Shown piece after piece: positions 23,029 through 36,569 of a stretch of DNA of 64,000 nt. Both the position numbers and the translations under genes were made by a program. The notes below the pieces were generated by a model. That model was not told where the DNA came from, did not search any database, and saw only the letters and a program-made list of their open reading frames with translations. Every line of letters starts with the position of its first letter. Position 1 is the first letter of the stretch. Origin of the DNA: Octopus sinensis (Eukaryota). The stretch spans positions 135,718,001 to 135,782,000 of the forward strand of contig NC_042999.1 in assembly GCF_006345805.1 (NCBI RefSeq), given 5' to 3'.

Positions 23029-24865
23029 TCATCATCATCATCATCATCATCGTTTAACGTCCACTTTCTATGCTAGCATGGGTTGGACGATTTGACTTAG
23101 GTCTGGCGAACCAGACTCGAATCTGATCTGGCAGAGTTTATACACCTGGATGCCCTTCATAATGCCAACCACTCCGAGAGTGTAGTGGGTGCTTTTACAT
23201 GCCACTGGCACAAGGGCCAGTCAGGCGGTACTGGCAATAACCATGCTCAAATGGTACTTTTTATGTCCAGCGGCACTGGCAATGACCTTGCTCAAATGTT
23301 TTTCACGTACCACCAGCACAAGTGCTAGTAAGGCGACGCAGGTAATGATCATGCTCAAGTGGTGTTTTTAACATGCCATTAGCTCAGAAGACAGCTTGTT
23401 GCTCTGGCCCCAATCTCACTCGTATGGTACTCTTAGCGCTCCACTAGCACGGATGCCAGTCATCGAATTTGATTTCGATTTCACTTGCCTCAACAAGTCT
23501 TCGCAAGCAGAGTTTAGTGTCCAATGAAGGAAAGGCATGCATAAGTGGACTGGTTATACCCCTGGCATAGGCCACATGGTTATGGTCTCACTTGCGCTTG
23601 CCGAGTCTTCTCAAGCACAGCATATTTCCAGAGGTCCTGGTCACTAGTCATTGCCTTGGTGAGGCCCAGTGTTTGAAGGTCATGCTTCACTACCTCATCC
23701 CAGGTCTTCCTGGGTCTACCTCTTCCACAAGTTCCCTCAACTGCTAGGGTATGGCACTTTTTCACACAGCTATCCACATCCATTCTCACCACATGACCAT
23801 ACCAGTGCAGTCGTTTCTCTTGCACACCACATCTGATGCTTCTTAGGTCCAACTTTTCTCTCAAGGCACTAACACTCTGTCGAGTATGCACACTGACATT
23901 ACACATCCATCGGAGCATGCTGGCTTCATTCCTTGTGAGCTTACGCATGTCCTCAGCAGTCACGAGCCATGTTTCACTGCCATGTAGCATGGCTGTTCGT
24001 ACACGTGTTATACAGTCTACCTTTTATTCTGAGGAGAGGCTCTTTGTCACCAGCAGAGGTAAGAGCTCTCTGAACTTAGCCCAGGCTATTCTTATTCTAG
24101 CAGCTACACTTTCAGTGCACCCTCCCCTACTACTGACTTGGTCACCTAGGTAACGGAAGCTATAAACTACTTCTAGATTTTCTCCCTGGAATGTGGTGGA
24201 AGTTGTTCTCTGCACATTTTCAGTGTTATTTATTGCTCCCGAGCATCTGCCACATACAAAAACTATCCTCCTAGTAAGCCTTCCTTTGATATTGCTGCAC
24301 CTCTTATGTGTCCATAACTTACACTGGGTACATCTTATAGGGTTTCTACCTATGCCTTTTCTACAGATCCAGCAGAGCCCTCTACCTGAAGGGATTTGTG
24401 GTTTGCCTGCCTTCCTACTTATTAGGACTTTGGTTTTAGCTAGGTTGACTCTAAGGCCCTTCGATTCTAATCCTTGTTTCCATACTTGAAACTTCTCCTC
24501 TAGTTCTTATAATGACTCAGCAATTAGAGCAAGGTCATCAGCATAGAGGAGCTCCCAGGGGCATCCTGTCTTGAATTCCTCCGTTATTGCCTAGAGGACT
24601 ATGATAAACAGGAGGGGTCTGAGGACTGAACCTTGGTGGACCCCTACCTCTACCTTGAATTCTTCGCTGTACTCGTTGCCAACCCTCACCTTACTGACAG
24701 CGTCCCTGTACATGGCTTGCACGGCTCTCACTAACCATTCATCTATCCCTAGTTTCCTCATTGACCACCAGATAAGGGATCTGGGGACCCTGTCAAAGGT
24801 TTTCTCTATGTCAACAAAAGCCAGGTACAGGGGCTTATCTTTGGCTAGGTATTTCTCCTGCATAC
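23029..24865 (-). mobile_element. 5'-truncated RTE LINE (RT C-terminal half, 3' UTR, TGA-repeat tail)
   Basis: LAFVDIEKTFDRVPR, GVHQGSVLRPLLF, LLYADDL, FRYLGD, MLHGSETW; tail (TGA)n at 23029-23052; several frameshifts. Confidence 0.93.
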
Positions 24866-25277
24866 CTAGCCAAAGTATATATCCTTATATGCCAAGGTTA
24901 ACCATGCCATTCTTCTTTTAGTCATTGATAAAATAATTACTAAACAAAGTTCTGTGGGGTCAATATAACTGACTCAAATCTTTGAAGGTGACACTCAGTT
25001 GTAAAAAAGTGAAAGTAAATTGGTCTAAAAAGTGAAAGATTGTGATAGAAACTGGAAGTAATGACAGTGACATCACAAAATTTTACAAAAAGAACATAAA
25101 GAACTTCATAATACCACATTCACAGTATGTATAATACCTTCTAGTGATATGTTAAGTATTTCAGAAGTAGCAGTTGATGTAAACCATTCCAATGTACTAT
25201 ATTCTAAAACAAACACTACTGAGAAATGTGATTGTTTCATCTTATATCAAATATATGTATGTTCTATTCATTGACTA

Positions 25278-25794
25278 CCATGAATCCTCGAGTATAGTCC
25301 GCCCTTGAGTATAATACGCAGGGATTTTTAGGGGGCTGTACCACTGAAAAACCTAAACCTTGTGTATAATACGCACTCCTTCTCTAACTTGAGTCGTGTG
25401 TAATTAAGCTAGCAGCACCTAGTCGAACAAACACTTCCGCGCATGCATAATACAATAATGGTGATGTTCTTACCTGTTATATGGGAATGTAAATATGTTT
25501 GCAAATTGTTTTTGTTACATGTTATTGTGTTCTGAATACTTTTATTTTAATAAATGTTGCTTACTGCAAGTTATGGATGATTCTTTTATGATTTCATTGC
25601 TTTCAGGCTTAGCTTGAGGTATTTTTGCGCCCGACATCACAAAATGTCTGAATAAACATTGCTGGACAGCAAATAGAGATTTGGACATTGCTTAGAAAAT
25701 ATTTTTCATTTTTAACCTCATATATAGTATGCACTAGGGATTTTGACTTTTAAATTTTTGGGAAAAAATGCGGATTATACATGAGGGTTTATGG
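25278..25794. mobile_element. Tc1/mariner-superfamily (pogo/Tc2-like) MITE
   Basis: TA|CCATGAATCCTCGAGTATAGTCCGC...GCGGATTATACATGAGGGTTTATGG|TA. Confidence 0.72.
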
Positions 25795-25944
25795 TATGTT
25801 GTATATATACAAATGGATATTACTGTCTTCACTTCTGATTTTGATTAGGACAATCTACTTCTACTTTTTTGCATCCATAACCTGCATGCTAACCGGTACT
25901 CAGCACAGCTCCAGTTTTTAAAAACCGAAATTGGTTGAAATAGG

Positions 25945-26288
25945 CGAAGGCATAGCTGTGTGTTTAAGAAGTTCACTTTGCAGACACATGATTTCAAGTT
26001 CAGACCCACGGCGTGGCATGTTGGGCCAATGTCTTCTACTACAGTCCTAGTCCAACCAATGAATTTGGTAGATGGAAACTGCGTGGAAGCTTGATGTGTG
26101 TGTGTGTGGGTTTGTCCACCCACCAACCATCTGACAACTGCTGTTGGTTTGTTTACATCTCTGTAATTTTGCAGTTTGGCAAAAGAGGCCAATAGAATAA
26201 GTACCAAACTTATCAAGGTTGATTTGTTTGACTAAACTGTTCAAACCAGTGCCCCAGCATGGCTATAGTCCCATGACTAAAAGGTAAT

Positions 26289-26290
<2 letters not shown>
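25945..26290 (+). mobile_element. tRNA-derived SINE (8.85 kb family)
   Basis: Homologous head, GGTAGATGGAAACT block and CCAGCATGGC tail. Confidence 0.65.
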
Positions 26291-26327
<37 letters not shown>

Positions 26328-26724
26328 AAATATATGAATCAACAATATGTTTGCTTGTGTAAAGCTGGCCTGAGATTAAACATGTAAATGTAATCCAAAG
26401 TTTACATAAATTTGAAAAAAACCTATTAATTCTGATAGAATTATAAGTACTGTTTAATTCTCTTCTTTTAAAGAATTTTTATCAATTATTAGCGAAAACA
26501 TTTAATCTATAAAACTGCATATGTCCTTCAAAACTTCCATGCTTTATATGGCTGGTATAAACAAAAAAGAAAACACTTCATGCTGAGAAGTTTAGTGGAG
26601 TGAAATATTGACGACTTAAAATAATAATGAGAGAGATTGGTTTGATTCCTCATTCCAGGATGTCAAAAATAACCTCATATAGCCTAATTCCATAGGGAAG
26701 TAAATACAATTGAATTTGACTCAG

Positions 26725-26955
26725 TTTATTTATTTATTTATTGCCCACAGGGGACTAAACATAGAGGGTACAAACAAGGACAGACAAAGAGATTAAGTCG
26801 ATTACATCGATCCCAATGTGTAACGGATACTTATTTAATTGAACCCAAAAGGATGAAAGGCAAAGTCAACCTTGGTGGAATTTGAACTCAGAACGTAACG
26901 GCAGATGAAATACTGCTAAGCATTTCACCTGGCGTGCTAACATTTCTGCCAGCTA
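26725..26955 (-). mobile_element. SINE with a Meta/Sauria-like central motif
   Basis: CCCAAAAGGATGAAAGGCAAAGTCAACC...GAATTTGAACTC (B box on the minus strand); the same family is at 51.7, 53.1, 56.8, 62.1 and 62.4 kb. Confidence 0.7.
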
Positions 26956-29551
26956 TCTGACTCAGTTTATTATTTTCATAATAGGCACCTACATAGCCAT
27001 GTAGCTGAGAAGCTTGGTTCACAGTTATGTGGTTCTAAGTTCAATTGCAACACATGCTACTTTGAGCCAGTGTCGTCTATCATAGCCCACTGTTTCAGGT
27101 TAACAAATGCCTTGCGAGCAGAATTAAGTAGAAAGGACCTTTGTAGGAAGCTGTTTTATATATTTGTGTGTGTATATATATTTCCATAGTGTATAAATTT
27201 CCCACCTGGACAGGACACCGGTCTGTCACAGGATTACTTATTTTTGCCAGCTGAGTGGAGCAATCTTGTGATCATGAGTCCAACATCTTAACCATAGACT
27301 AGAACCCTTGAGGTCAATGCCCCAGTATTGTCAGTGTGAAATCAGTAAAATGAAACCCACAGTATTTTAATGATCTAATGATGTCAGAATAGTAATGGGG
27401 TTCCAGATAGATAAGTTTTAAGTTAAGTTACATTAAATTTTTCAGTTTTTTGAAGTATGTTCATCAGAAAAGGATAGTATTGTGACCTTTGCTGTCTCTT
27501 CTTGACTGGAGATACTGATACAACTAATGTGAGCCTGAATATTTGCAGCAAAAAATGTAAATAGGAAAGGAACTTCAAGATATATAAGGTTTTTTAATGG
27601 CTCAATTTTATAAATATATCTATTTTAGTATCATCAGCACAGAGCATTTTGACTGTCTTCATGTTCTGAGTTCAAATTCCATCAAGATCGACTTCACCTT
27701 TCATCCTATTGGGATCGATAAACTAAGGGGTCAGTGAAATTAACTCTCCCCCTCCCCAATTTCAGGCCTTGTACCTATAGGATTATAATATATATTATTT
27801 ATATCATATTATGCTAATTATTTTAGTACAAGGATATATTAAAAGATAAAAAATATTTCTGAAATTTCTCTTCGTAAATTTAAGCAGGTCAATGAGAGCA
27901 AAAAGTAGGTCTGGTTGGCCTAATATTGTACCTCTCCCCCACTAAAGATGAAATAATTGTTATGATTGAGTGATGAAACTAATTAACAAAAGGGCAAACT
28001 ATTTTCACTGATACTCTATCACTGATTACAAGAGGTCAAAAACTCGTAACAATCACAAGACTCTGGTTTTTAATAAAAGTGAATGACTTAATTAATGTTT
28101 CACTTATCTCCTCATGTTAGTTACAGAGTAACTGACAAGTTGTTTTTGTGTCTTCCACAAATAGACAAAACTATTTAAATTTGCCATTGTTCAGACACGG
28201 TAAATGTTACCTTTATAATGTGATAGTTTAGTAGGGAAACTATTTCAGGAGTAGCACCTGCTAAGACACTGTGACTACCCTTGTGTGGAACCAAAGTGTA
28301 GATGGGTCATAGAATCATGCTTTTGCTTACAAAGAGAAGTTTATAGAAATCAGAAAATACCAGAATGATAGATCTGATACAAAAATGCAGTAGATAGAAA
28401 TTGGTGGGTTTAAAGTGGAAATATTTCTATCAGATATAAAGATATTTTATAGAAATTATAACCGGAGGTTTGAGCATACTGTTCATGAATGAAAGAATAG
28501 CCTATATTTCATGATAGCAAAGGAAAAACATGTAATTTACATGTTTTTATGATTAAGGACAGCTAAGTCTTTTAGATCATTCAATATTTTTGTGAAACTG
28601 GATAGTGGCAGAACTTCTGAAATGATTTTTACTTTTTTTTAATTAAATTTTTAATTATCTTTTGCATTTTTTGTGTAGTTTAAAAAAAAAAAACAGTTAT
28701 CAATATATTAGTAGTAGTACTACTTTAAAAAAAATTCTTTTTACTTTCTCCAAGTCTTAGAAAGGGAAATGGATGCTCTGGTTTAGAAATTCTTCAGACC
28801 AATGCAAAGGAAACCAGTATAAAAGCAAGTTTAGATTATTTCAAAAGCCTCTATTTTTCACATTTAGAACTTACTTTTCTCATTGTGGAAACTGGGACCA
28901 TTTTTATAGGATATACATTGAAGTGAACTCATAGAATGGTAGGTTTTTGGAAGGTAACACAAGTATTAGCAGGAAAAACAGATTTCTATTAAAAATAGGT
29001 TTTTATGATGAAGTTATAAACACAAAGAGAAAACAACAAAATAAAACAATCTAATCTCACAAAAGAAATTTGGAAGCTCAACAATCTTATTTAAGAGATA
29101 GTACAAACTAGATCAGCAACTGGAATATTCAAATCATATTTATTGGTAGTCAGTTAAGTTTGATGTAGCCAAGGGTTCATCATTTCTTGCTTAAAAAATT
29201 AACCTTTAGAATTATGTTAAAAACCAGGCAGTGTTGTGAGTTCAGTACTGTTCATGAGGTATAACCTGCAATATTTGGTGAAGATCAGTTGAGAAAACCA
29301 GAGGTTACTACAAGTGTAAAGTTTCCTGTTCTCTCTTTATATATATATATATATACACACACACATATCTACAGGTATGCTGATGCAAACAGGAAAAACA
29401 GAACTCAAAATATGAGTATATGTATATGTTTATTAATATTTAGCAGAAGCAACAGAGTGACTCAAGGGCCAAGATAAGTGCCAATGCACAAACCTCTCAG
29501 CCCTTGTGTCACTGTTATTTCTGCTAAATGCTAATAAAATCTATCTATATA

Positions 29552-30434
29552 TTGGGTCATCCCATAAATAATGCAGTTTTTTTATACTCATTTTATTTTT
29601 CAAAATTAAAACAAAGTTCTTTTTGAATCTAAAATCTGGTTGACTTGCAAGGCCCCACTTCCAAAATTCACTTGTCATTGATGAAAAATACTCCTCAAGT
29701 ACTGTTCTGACCTCTTCTACAGAAGTCGTATTCTTTTGGTCCAACTGTTTTTGAAGATTACGGAATAAATGATAATCAGATGGGGCAATGTCCAGCGAAT
29801 ATGGTTGGTGGAGTATCATTTCCCATTCAAACTGTTCTGGTCTTTGGAATGTCATCCTTGCTGTATGTGGACAAGCATTATCCTGATGGAAGAACAGCTT
29901 TTGTCTTGAAATCAAGGATGGTCGTTTTTCTTCTAGCGCTGATGTCGATGAACGGTCGAATGACCAAATCCAAGCTTCTTTGCTAGTTCCTCAATAGTTA
30001 CAATGTGATTTTGTTCCACCAGGGTTTGCATGATTTCCTCGTCGAACTCTACAGATCTTCCAGGACGAGGCTCATCTTCTAGGCTGTAGTTTCTGGCTCA
30101 GAATTTCTGGAACCACCATTCATACTGGCATACGCTTATTGTCCGATCCCCACATACTGCATTAATATTCCTCTCACTCTCCATTGTGTTGTTAGCTTTA
30201 TTGATCTCATAAAGCAAAATATGCTGAATATGCTCGTTTGTCACTTCCACTATAGCTTTGAAAAAATAACCGTTAAAATCAAACTGCACTCTTCAAAACT
30301 TGCACTAAGAATAAATACAAGGTAAAATTACTACCTGCTTTTATAGCAAGTTGATGCAGGTAGTTTATTCTGACTCCCTCCAACTTTTGTTTCATGCAAT
30401 TGAAAAAAAACGCATTATTTATGGGATGACCCAA
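29552..30434 (-). mobile_element. Internally deleted mariner element
   Basis: TIRs TTGGGTCATCCCATAAATAATGC at both ends with TA TSDs; N-terminal HTH remnant (HILLYEINK...WWFQKF) joined to FHQDNACPHTA...YSLDIAPSDYHLF; the central WVPHEL region is absent. Confidence 0.92.
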
Positions 30435-30479
30435 TACATATAGTATCCCATTCCAAAGAAAAGCAACCCCTCTGACCCA

Positions 30480-30935
30480 GCCAACTATTGTCCGATTGAT
30501 TTCACTTCTAACAACTCCAACGTAATAGAGTATGCAATTAATAATCTTCTCCAAAACTTTGAATCTTTCTCAATGAACATCAGTTTGGTTTCTGCAGAAC
30601 CGGATCTACACAACCAGTGGCCTCTCACTTTAGGGACGTTCAATGAAAGCAATGTTCTTGCACTCAACATCAGAAAAGGTCTTGATTACGTCTGGCATGC
30701 AAATCTCATATGACAACTTGCTACCTATAGGCTCTACATATCTCTCATCTCTTAAATCAGTAGCGTCCTATCTAATCATACTAGCATGGCATGTGTTTAG
30801 AGGTCTTTCAGCTCCTCTCACAGTCAAGTCTGAAGTTCTCTAGTGTTTGGTTTTGTCCCTAACTGTCTTCCTTTTATATATCAATAACCTTCTTGCCACA
30901 ATATCCAGCAATGCACCCTTTTAGACAGGCAACAT
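30480..30935 (+). mobile_element. CR1/L2-group RT fragment, decayed
   Basis: NYCPIDFTS, LALNIRKGLDYVWHANL and VFLLYINNL are degenerate RT motifs. Confidence 0.6.
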
Positions 30936-32740
30936 TTTTCATTCTTTCCTAACTTTCCTCACTATACATCAGCCACACACAGTGGATCCATGTCAACCTT
31001 ATTTCTTTTAATGGAAACCCTGCACCAAAAAAACCCCTCAAGAACTACTCATCAAGAAAACACCACTGCATTACACCCCTACTACACAAAAACAATACTA
31101 AGCTAGAGCCCTCACTGTCACTCCAAATCTTGGACCTCACTTCCTGTCACTAACCCTTACCTACTATTCAAGTAATGGATTGTTTATTCCATTCATCTTT
31201 AAAAATGTAGAGCTGTTAACAGGAAATATCAAGAAGGGGCACTATTTTTTTTACTGAACACTTTTATGTAAGGATACTGAATGTAAACTATCACATAGAC
31301 AAGTACATATGTGTATAATATATATACATGCATAATATATATACACAATATCATCATTTTAATGTCCACTTTTCCATGGTTGGGTGGGTCAGATGGAATT
31401 TGTTGAAGCACATTTCTGTACCCAACCTTTGTCTGTTTCCAAGTATGCTAATATTCACCCCACCCCCACGACCAGACATGATTTTAAGGAAGATTGAAAA
31501 CAAAAGACACTGCATGCATGACAGTGACATTTGCTTATAACTATCACATGAAGTCAAGGCAAGGAGACAGTAACACACACACATATATAATGGGTTTCTT
31601 TCAGTTTCCATCTACCAAATCCACTCCGAAGGCTTTGATTGGCCTGGTGCCTTGCAATGGGACTGAACCTGAAATCAGGTAATTGGCAAGCAAACTTCTT
31701 ATTACACAGCCATGCCCGCATTTACACACAGACACATGCTCTACCATTTCCACTCACAAGCTGACCCAAAGCTACAGCAGATCTTAACTCAAGATGCCAG
31801 GCACCGACAGAATTTTAAGATAACAATTTACAACATTTACATAGTTACACATACTTTAAATTTCATTATTTCTTTTTTTATTTCTGAAAGTATAAAGGTT
31901 CTTTTTCGCTCTTGTTACATTCACCATTGGGATAAGAGTAATCATAAAATGTCACACAGGTAATATTATAGATTTTAAAAATTAATTCATGCCCTCAGTT
32001 ATCATTTTGTTGACTTTACTTTTGGCATATCATTACATATCTTATTGTCTTGTATGTGTTAGAGTCTATATTGTCAATATCAGACTCATTGCTCAAATTT
32101 TCATTGAATAGACTTTATGGAAGAATCTAGTTTGGTAAATGATGAACATATTTCAACACAGGATTGTCAACAAAGGTCATTTAATAACCAGAAAATTGTA
32201 GTAAATAACACTTTGGTATGTTCCAGTTTGAAAGAAGCCAGATATTTTACAAGGATACTATGATGTAGGCAGATGCAGTTTCAGATACAAATGTGCATGC
32301 ATACACATGCAGGGGTATTACTTCTAATAAAAACCTGTAGAATGCTAAAATAGTGTGAGATACTTATTGAAAATTTTACTTACAAAGGCAATACATTTCA
32401 GCCATTCATAGTTAAAATAATACATTTATTAAATCTACATGTTTTTTTTTATATTAATCAAGGGATTTAAAGGGATATTCCCAGTACATTACTGGAAAAC
32501 ATTTATAAGGAATTATTTTTACATTATCCCTTTAGAATACAGAAACAGCTGTAGCAAGTTATTATGAAGCAAGGTATCACAAAAATGGGGATATCTTACT
32601 AAATTAAGGCTTCTTTCTTTGTACAATGCCAAAGTTTTGTTTCTTTTCTTTTTCTTTTAGACTGATTCTATGTAAATAATTCACAGAATAAAACACAGAT
32701 CTGCTAAGATTTACATATTTAAAAATTTTGTGGAAAGTTT

Positions 32741-32955
32741 TCATAATTGTACTCGGTCACGTGTCATTCGTTTTAGCTCATGTTCTGTGTGTAAAGAACT
32801 TGTCATCATACAGGGAGCATCAAGGTCAGAATCTTCACTACTTGATGTTTCTGAATCAGAGCTGGCATTTGAGTAGATACCAATACTTGGAAGAATGTAT
32901 CTCACTTGAGCAATGTTCGATTTAAATACTTTCTTAGGAATTTCTTCTGAAGGCT
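32741..32955 (-). CDS. PSME3IP1: PSME3-interacting protein, last coding exon (6)
   Basis: (E)PSEEIPKKVFKSNIAQVRYILPSIGIYSNASSDSETSSSEDSD...RVQL* matches the conserved [21 protein letters not shown] tail; polyT acceptor. Confidence 0.88.
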
Positions 32956-32968
32956 CTAAACATGAAAA

Positions 32969-33002
<34 letters not shown>

Positions 33003-33504
33003 TAAGGATTCAGGATTATAACTGATTCAGTAGATTTGACAAAAATTTAGATTTAAAAAATACACTAAAAAAGTTTCCAAAAAAATATAAACAGTATTTT
33101 TGATGTAAAGATAAGCAGCTGATGGAAAATAAGTCCAAATTTTGCTATGTTTGATTCATGACCAATAAGAATCTATGGGCTTAAAATGAAATATTACTGC
33201 TATTTAATGCTTGCATTTATATTATAGCCAAATAAACTGACACACCAAGTGCATATAAAAAATGTTTGGTAGGAATAAGTTTTACTAAGTTTTAATAAGA
33301 AAGAAAACAAGATTTAATCTCCATTGGAGACATGGCTGTATTAAATATGAAAAAAAAGAGTAAGTAGGAATTTAATATTTTGTACCCAATGTAAACTGTG
33401 AGTGTATAAATGCAGTGGAAAAAAAGGTAGGGTGACAAGAAAAATTTTGTCTGTAAGAGTGTTAGCATTAACAACATCCATGAATTATATTTTTGCAAAA
33501 GATA

Positions 33505-34370
33505 TGAAGGTTTCTTAGAAGTAGATGATGGTTTCTGAACCTAGACGACCTAATTAGCAGAAGAAGTGGAAGTTCTGAAAGCACAATAGCTAGGGTAAAG
33601 ATAGGGTGGAAAAAGTTCAGAGAACTATTATCTCTGCCGGCAACAAAAGAATTTTCCCCTTCATTGAAATGTAGGTTGTATGATGCTTGCATACAAAGTA
33701 AAATGTTGTACAAGGAGGTGCTGAAAAGTTCTTGGTATTAGGTAAAAGAAAAAACAGGAGGATCAGTTAATTATGATTTTATTCAACATATTCCCCTCTC
33801 AGATTCACACACTTATTACAGTGGTCCTTCAGTTTTTCTAAGCCATATAAAAGAACTTGGAACGTTGGGCTTCCAACTAGGCCTTTTGCAATACCCTTAA
33901 AGCTAGGAACTTTTCAACACCCCTTTGTATGATAACAAAACATAGGCACTGAATGCAGAGAAGATGCAAATGCTTGAGTGAAATGAAGCAAAGATGCTCT
34001 GCTCTATGCTGGATATATAATATTAGTGAGTGCATGATGAAGCACAAATGAGCTGAGAGGAAAACTGGAAATAATTGGAATCCGATATAGTATACAAAAG
34101 AAAAGACTAAGCTGGTATGGAAATGCAGTGTGAATGGAGGACAGACTATTGGGTAAATAAGTGCCAAGCAACCTAAGTTGAAGGAACCTGCAGAAAGGAA
34201 AGACATGGAAAAAAGTGGTAAAGACATCTCAAGAGGCTAAATCTCATGAAGGAAATGACAAAGAATTAAAGAATGGGCAAGACACTGTGCTCAATCTATG
34301 CAAGACACTCACTCAATCTATACAAGTATGGAAAAAAATGGGTGATGATGGTGATGACCTTTTTGGTCAA
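33505..34370 (+). mobile_element. Decayed RTE fragment interrupted by a MITE
   Basis: IARVKIGWKKFRELL...LYDACIQSKML, then after the MITE ALNAEKMQMLE*NEAKML. Confidence 0.72.
33711..33927. mobile_element. mariner-type MITE
   Basis: TA|CAAGGAGGTGCTGAAAAGTTC...GAACTTTTCAACACCCCTTTG|TA. Confidence 0.78.
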
Positions 34371-35106
34371 AATCTAGGAGAGAATTGCAATAGGTTGTTA
34401 TAGAACAAAAACAACTGGTTATGCCAACATCTTAATAAAGCTCAGCATTAAAGCTACACAGGTAGCTCTATGATATTAACAGGATTGTGAGCAGGATAAA
34501 TACTTAAAATATTACACTACTGAGTGGTAATTAATTAATAAGCTGCTTAAGTTCCATCAATGACAATTCAAAATTAACAAGACCTGGAAGAGAAAGGCTT
34601 TTTCTCAAGGAAACATTTGATGTGGTGCAGCAAAATCCAAAAGGAAGCTGTAAGGATGACTCCCATTCTGACCAGCAGGAAAAACACCAAAACTGCAACT
34701 TGGGTTCTTAAATTTAGATGGTTGTAGAAGATGAGAAGTGAAGAGCTGTTGCAGAAGGAGGGAGGTAGGTGCCATTGGAAGAATAGATCCTGAAGTACAA
34801 GTGGGGATGGTTGGGCCAGAATTTAAGGAAACCAGCATCCTGCATTATATGTGAGGTCCTGGCATGGGACCCACAAGGGGAGTGGAAGAGAGGATGTCCT
34901 AAAAATAATTGGAGGTGGGATATTAAGGCAGAGCTGAGAAGGGATCCAACTGGAGAGAAAGCAGAAAAGAAACCAGAATCAGGAAGAGAAGAGAAAAATC
35001 ATTAATAGCATATGCTCCATAGGAAGCAGAGGGCTTGAGTAAGAGTATTGTTGCTTTGAGATTGACTTTCATCATTCATAAATAAATGCTGCATTGTTTG
35101 TCTAAG

Positions 35107-35275
35107 GCAAATGAATCATCATCATCATCATCATTTAGCGTCTGCTTTCCATGCTAGCATGGGTTGGACGGTTCAACTGGGGTCTGGGAAGCCAGAAGGC
35201 TGCACCAGGCCCAGTCTGATCTGGCAATGTTTCTACGGCTGGATGCCCTTCCTAACGCCAACCACTCCGTGAGTG
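35107..35275 (-). mobile_element. RTE 3' tail, young subfamily
   Basis: (CAT)n...GCTAGCATGGGTTGGACGGTTCAACTGGGGTCTGGGAAGCC; almost identical to 42366-42548 and 62985-63160. Confidence 0.8.
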
Positions 35276-35740
35276 TAATATAAATTCTAATTTCAAAATA
35301 AATAAGTGAAAGTTCAAACAAATCAAAACATAGACATCTAATATGTTCTATCTAAATATCTACAATTAAACATGCTCTGAGATTATTTTAATTTGTTTTG
35401 AGTTTGTTTTAATTTGTTTCATGCTTATGAAAATTTGCTTTGAGGCTATTTTAAGTTTTAACTAGAGATGAATATGGGTTTATCTGTATAAGAATTCAAC
35501 TGATAAAATATCTAAGCTCTCCCATTTCATTTTCTATATTAGATGTGATCTATCTTTCCATTAATCATCTCAATCAAATTGCCACAGTTTTGAGGTTTTG
35601 CCATCCCAACTACTTGCGAAAGCAGATTCCCATTTTTTGGTTTGAATGGTATACCTTTCTCTTTCAATTTACACGGTGTTCAACTTGTCACTTGGGAAAT
35701 TTAGAAATTCCATAGTGGAATAAATAAATATCAGAATTAC

Positions 35741-35787
35741 CTGTTTGTTTTTTCTCAGAAATTTCCACATTTGTCTTTTCAGGACTC
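35741..35787 (-). CDS. PSME3IP1: PSME3IP1 exon 5 (47 nt)
   Basis: tgtag|G AGT CCT GAA...ACA G|gtaatt encodes SPEKTNVEISEKKQT; its phases (2 in, 1 out) are needed to keep exons 4 and 6 in frame. Confidence 0.8.
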
Positions 35788-36569
35788 CTACAATAAAAAG
35801 GAAATGGATCTTTGGATAAAATTCAAAATGAATAGTTGAAAGAAATGATGAAGTGGGGACAAGAAGGATAGAGTGAAAAAACAAGCCAACAACAAAAAGT
35901 GAAAGAAAATTGTGCTCCCATCATGAAACAAATTTAATTACTGTAATACAGAATTGTTAATAGTTAGTCAATACTTCCTTGAAGCCCTTTAGCATTCAGA
36001 TTACTCTGTCAAAAGTAATGTTTGTTTATTCTCGTAGCTTCAAGACTTCAATGATGTGATTGTTTACTTTTAGATTCACACTACAAGGTAGGTGTGAGAG
36101 GCTGGATCTTCCTGGTTTAAAAATAAAACAAGTAGAATATTTGGGCTGAATATAGCCAGATCGAATGCTAACTAATTGTCTCCTCTGCTTTGTTTTAACC
36201 AGAATGATTAATCCCATCACTATGAATGGAATCTTAATTAAAATCTCTTGGTTAATGACATTATGTAAACTAGATTCCACTTTACTATTAAGTTTTCATG
36301 CAACACAGTAATACAGTATTGGTTTTGGTAGTCATATGCAGGAGCCAGACTGGCCACTGCCTTCTTTAAATTTAATATAACTTCAACTACAGCAGAGACA
36401 TGTATATTAAGGGACCACCCTGTGTGGTCTACACACCTTATGTCATGCCATTGATGTAACAGGTATCCTTGACAATCCTATCAAAAACAACTCCTCCAGA
36501 AGTATGTTCTTTCATCAACTTGGATTAAAGTATTATTATTCTGAAAATTGTTTTTAAACTGTTGCTCTT

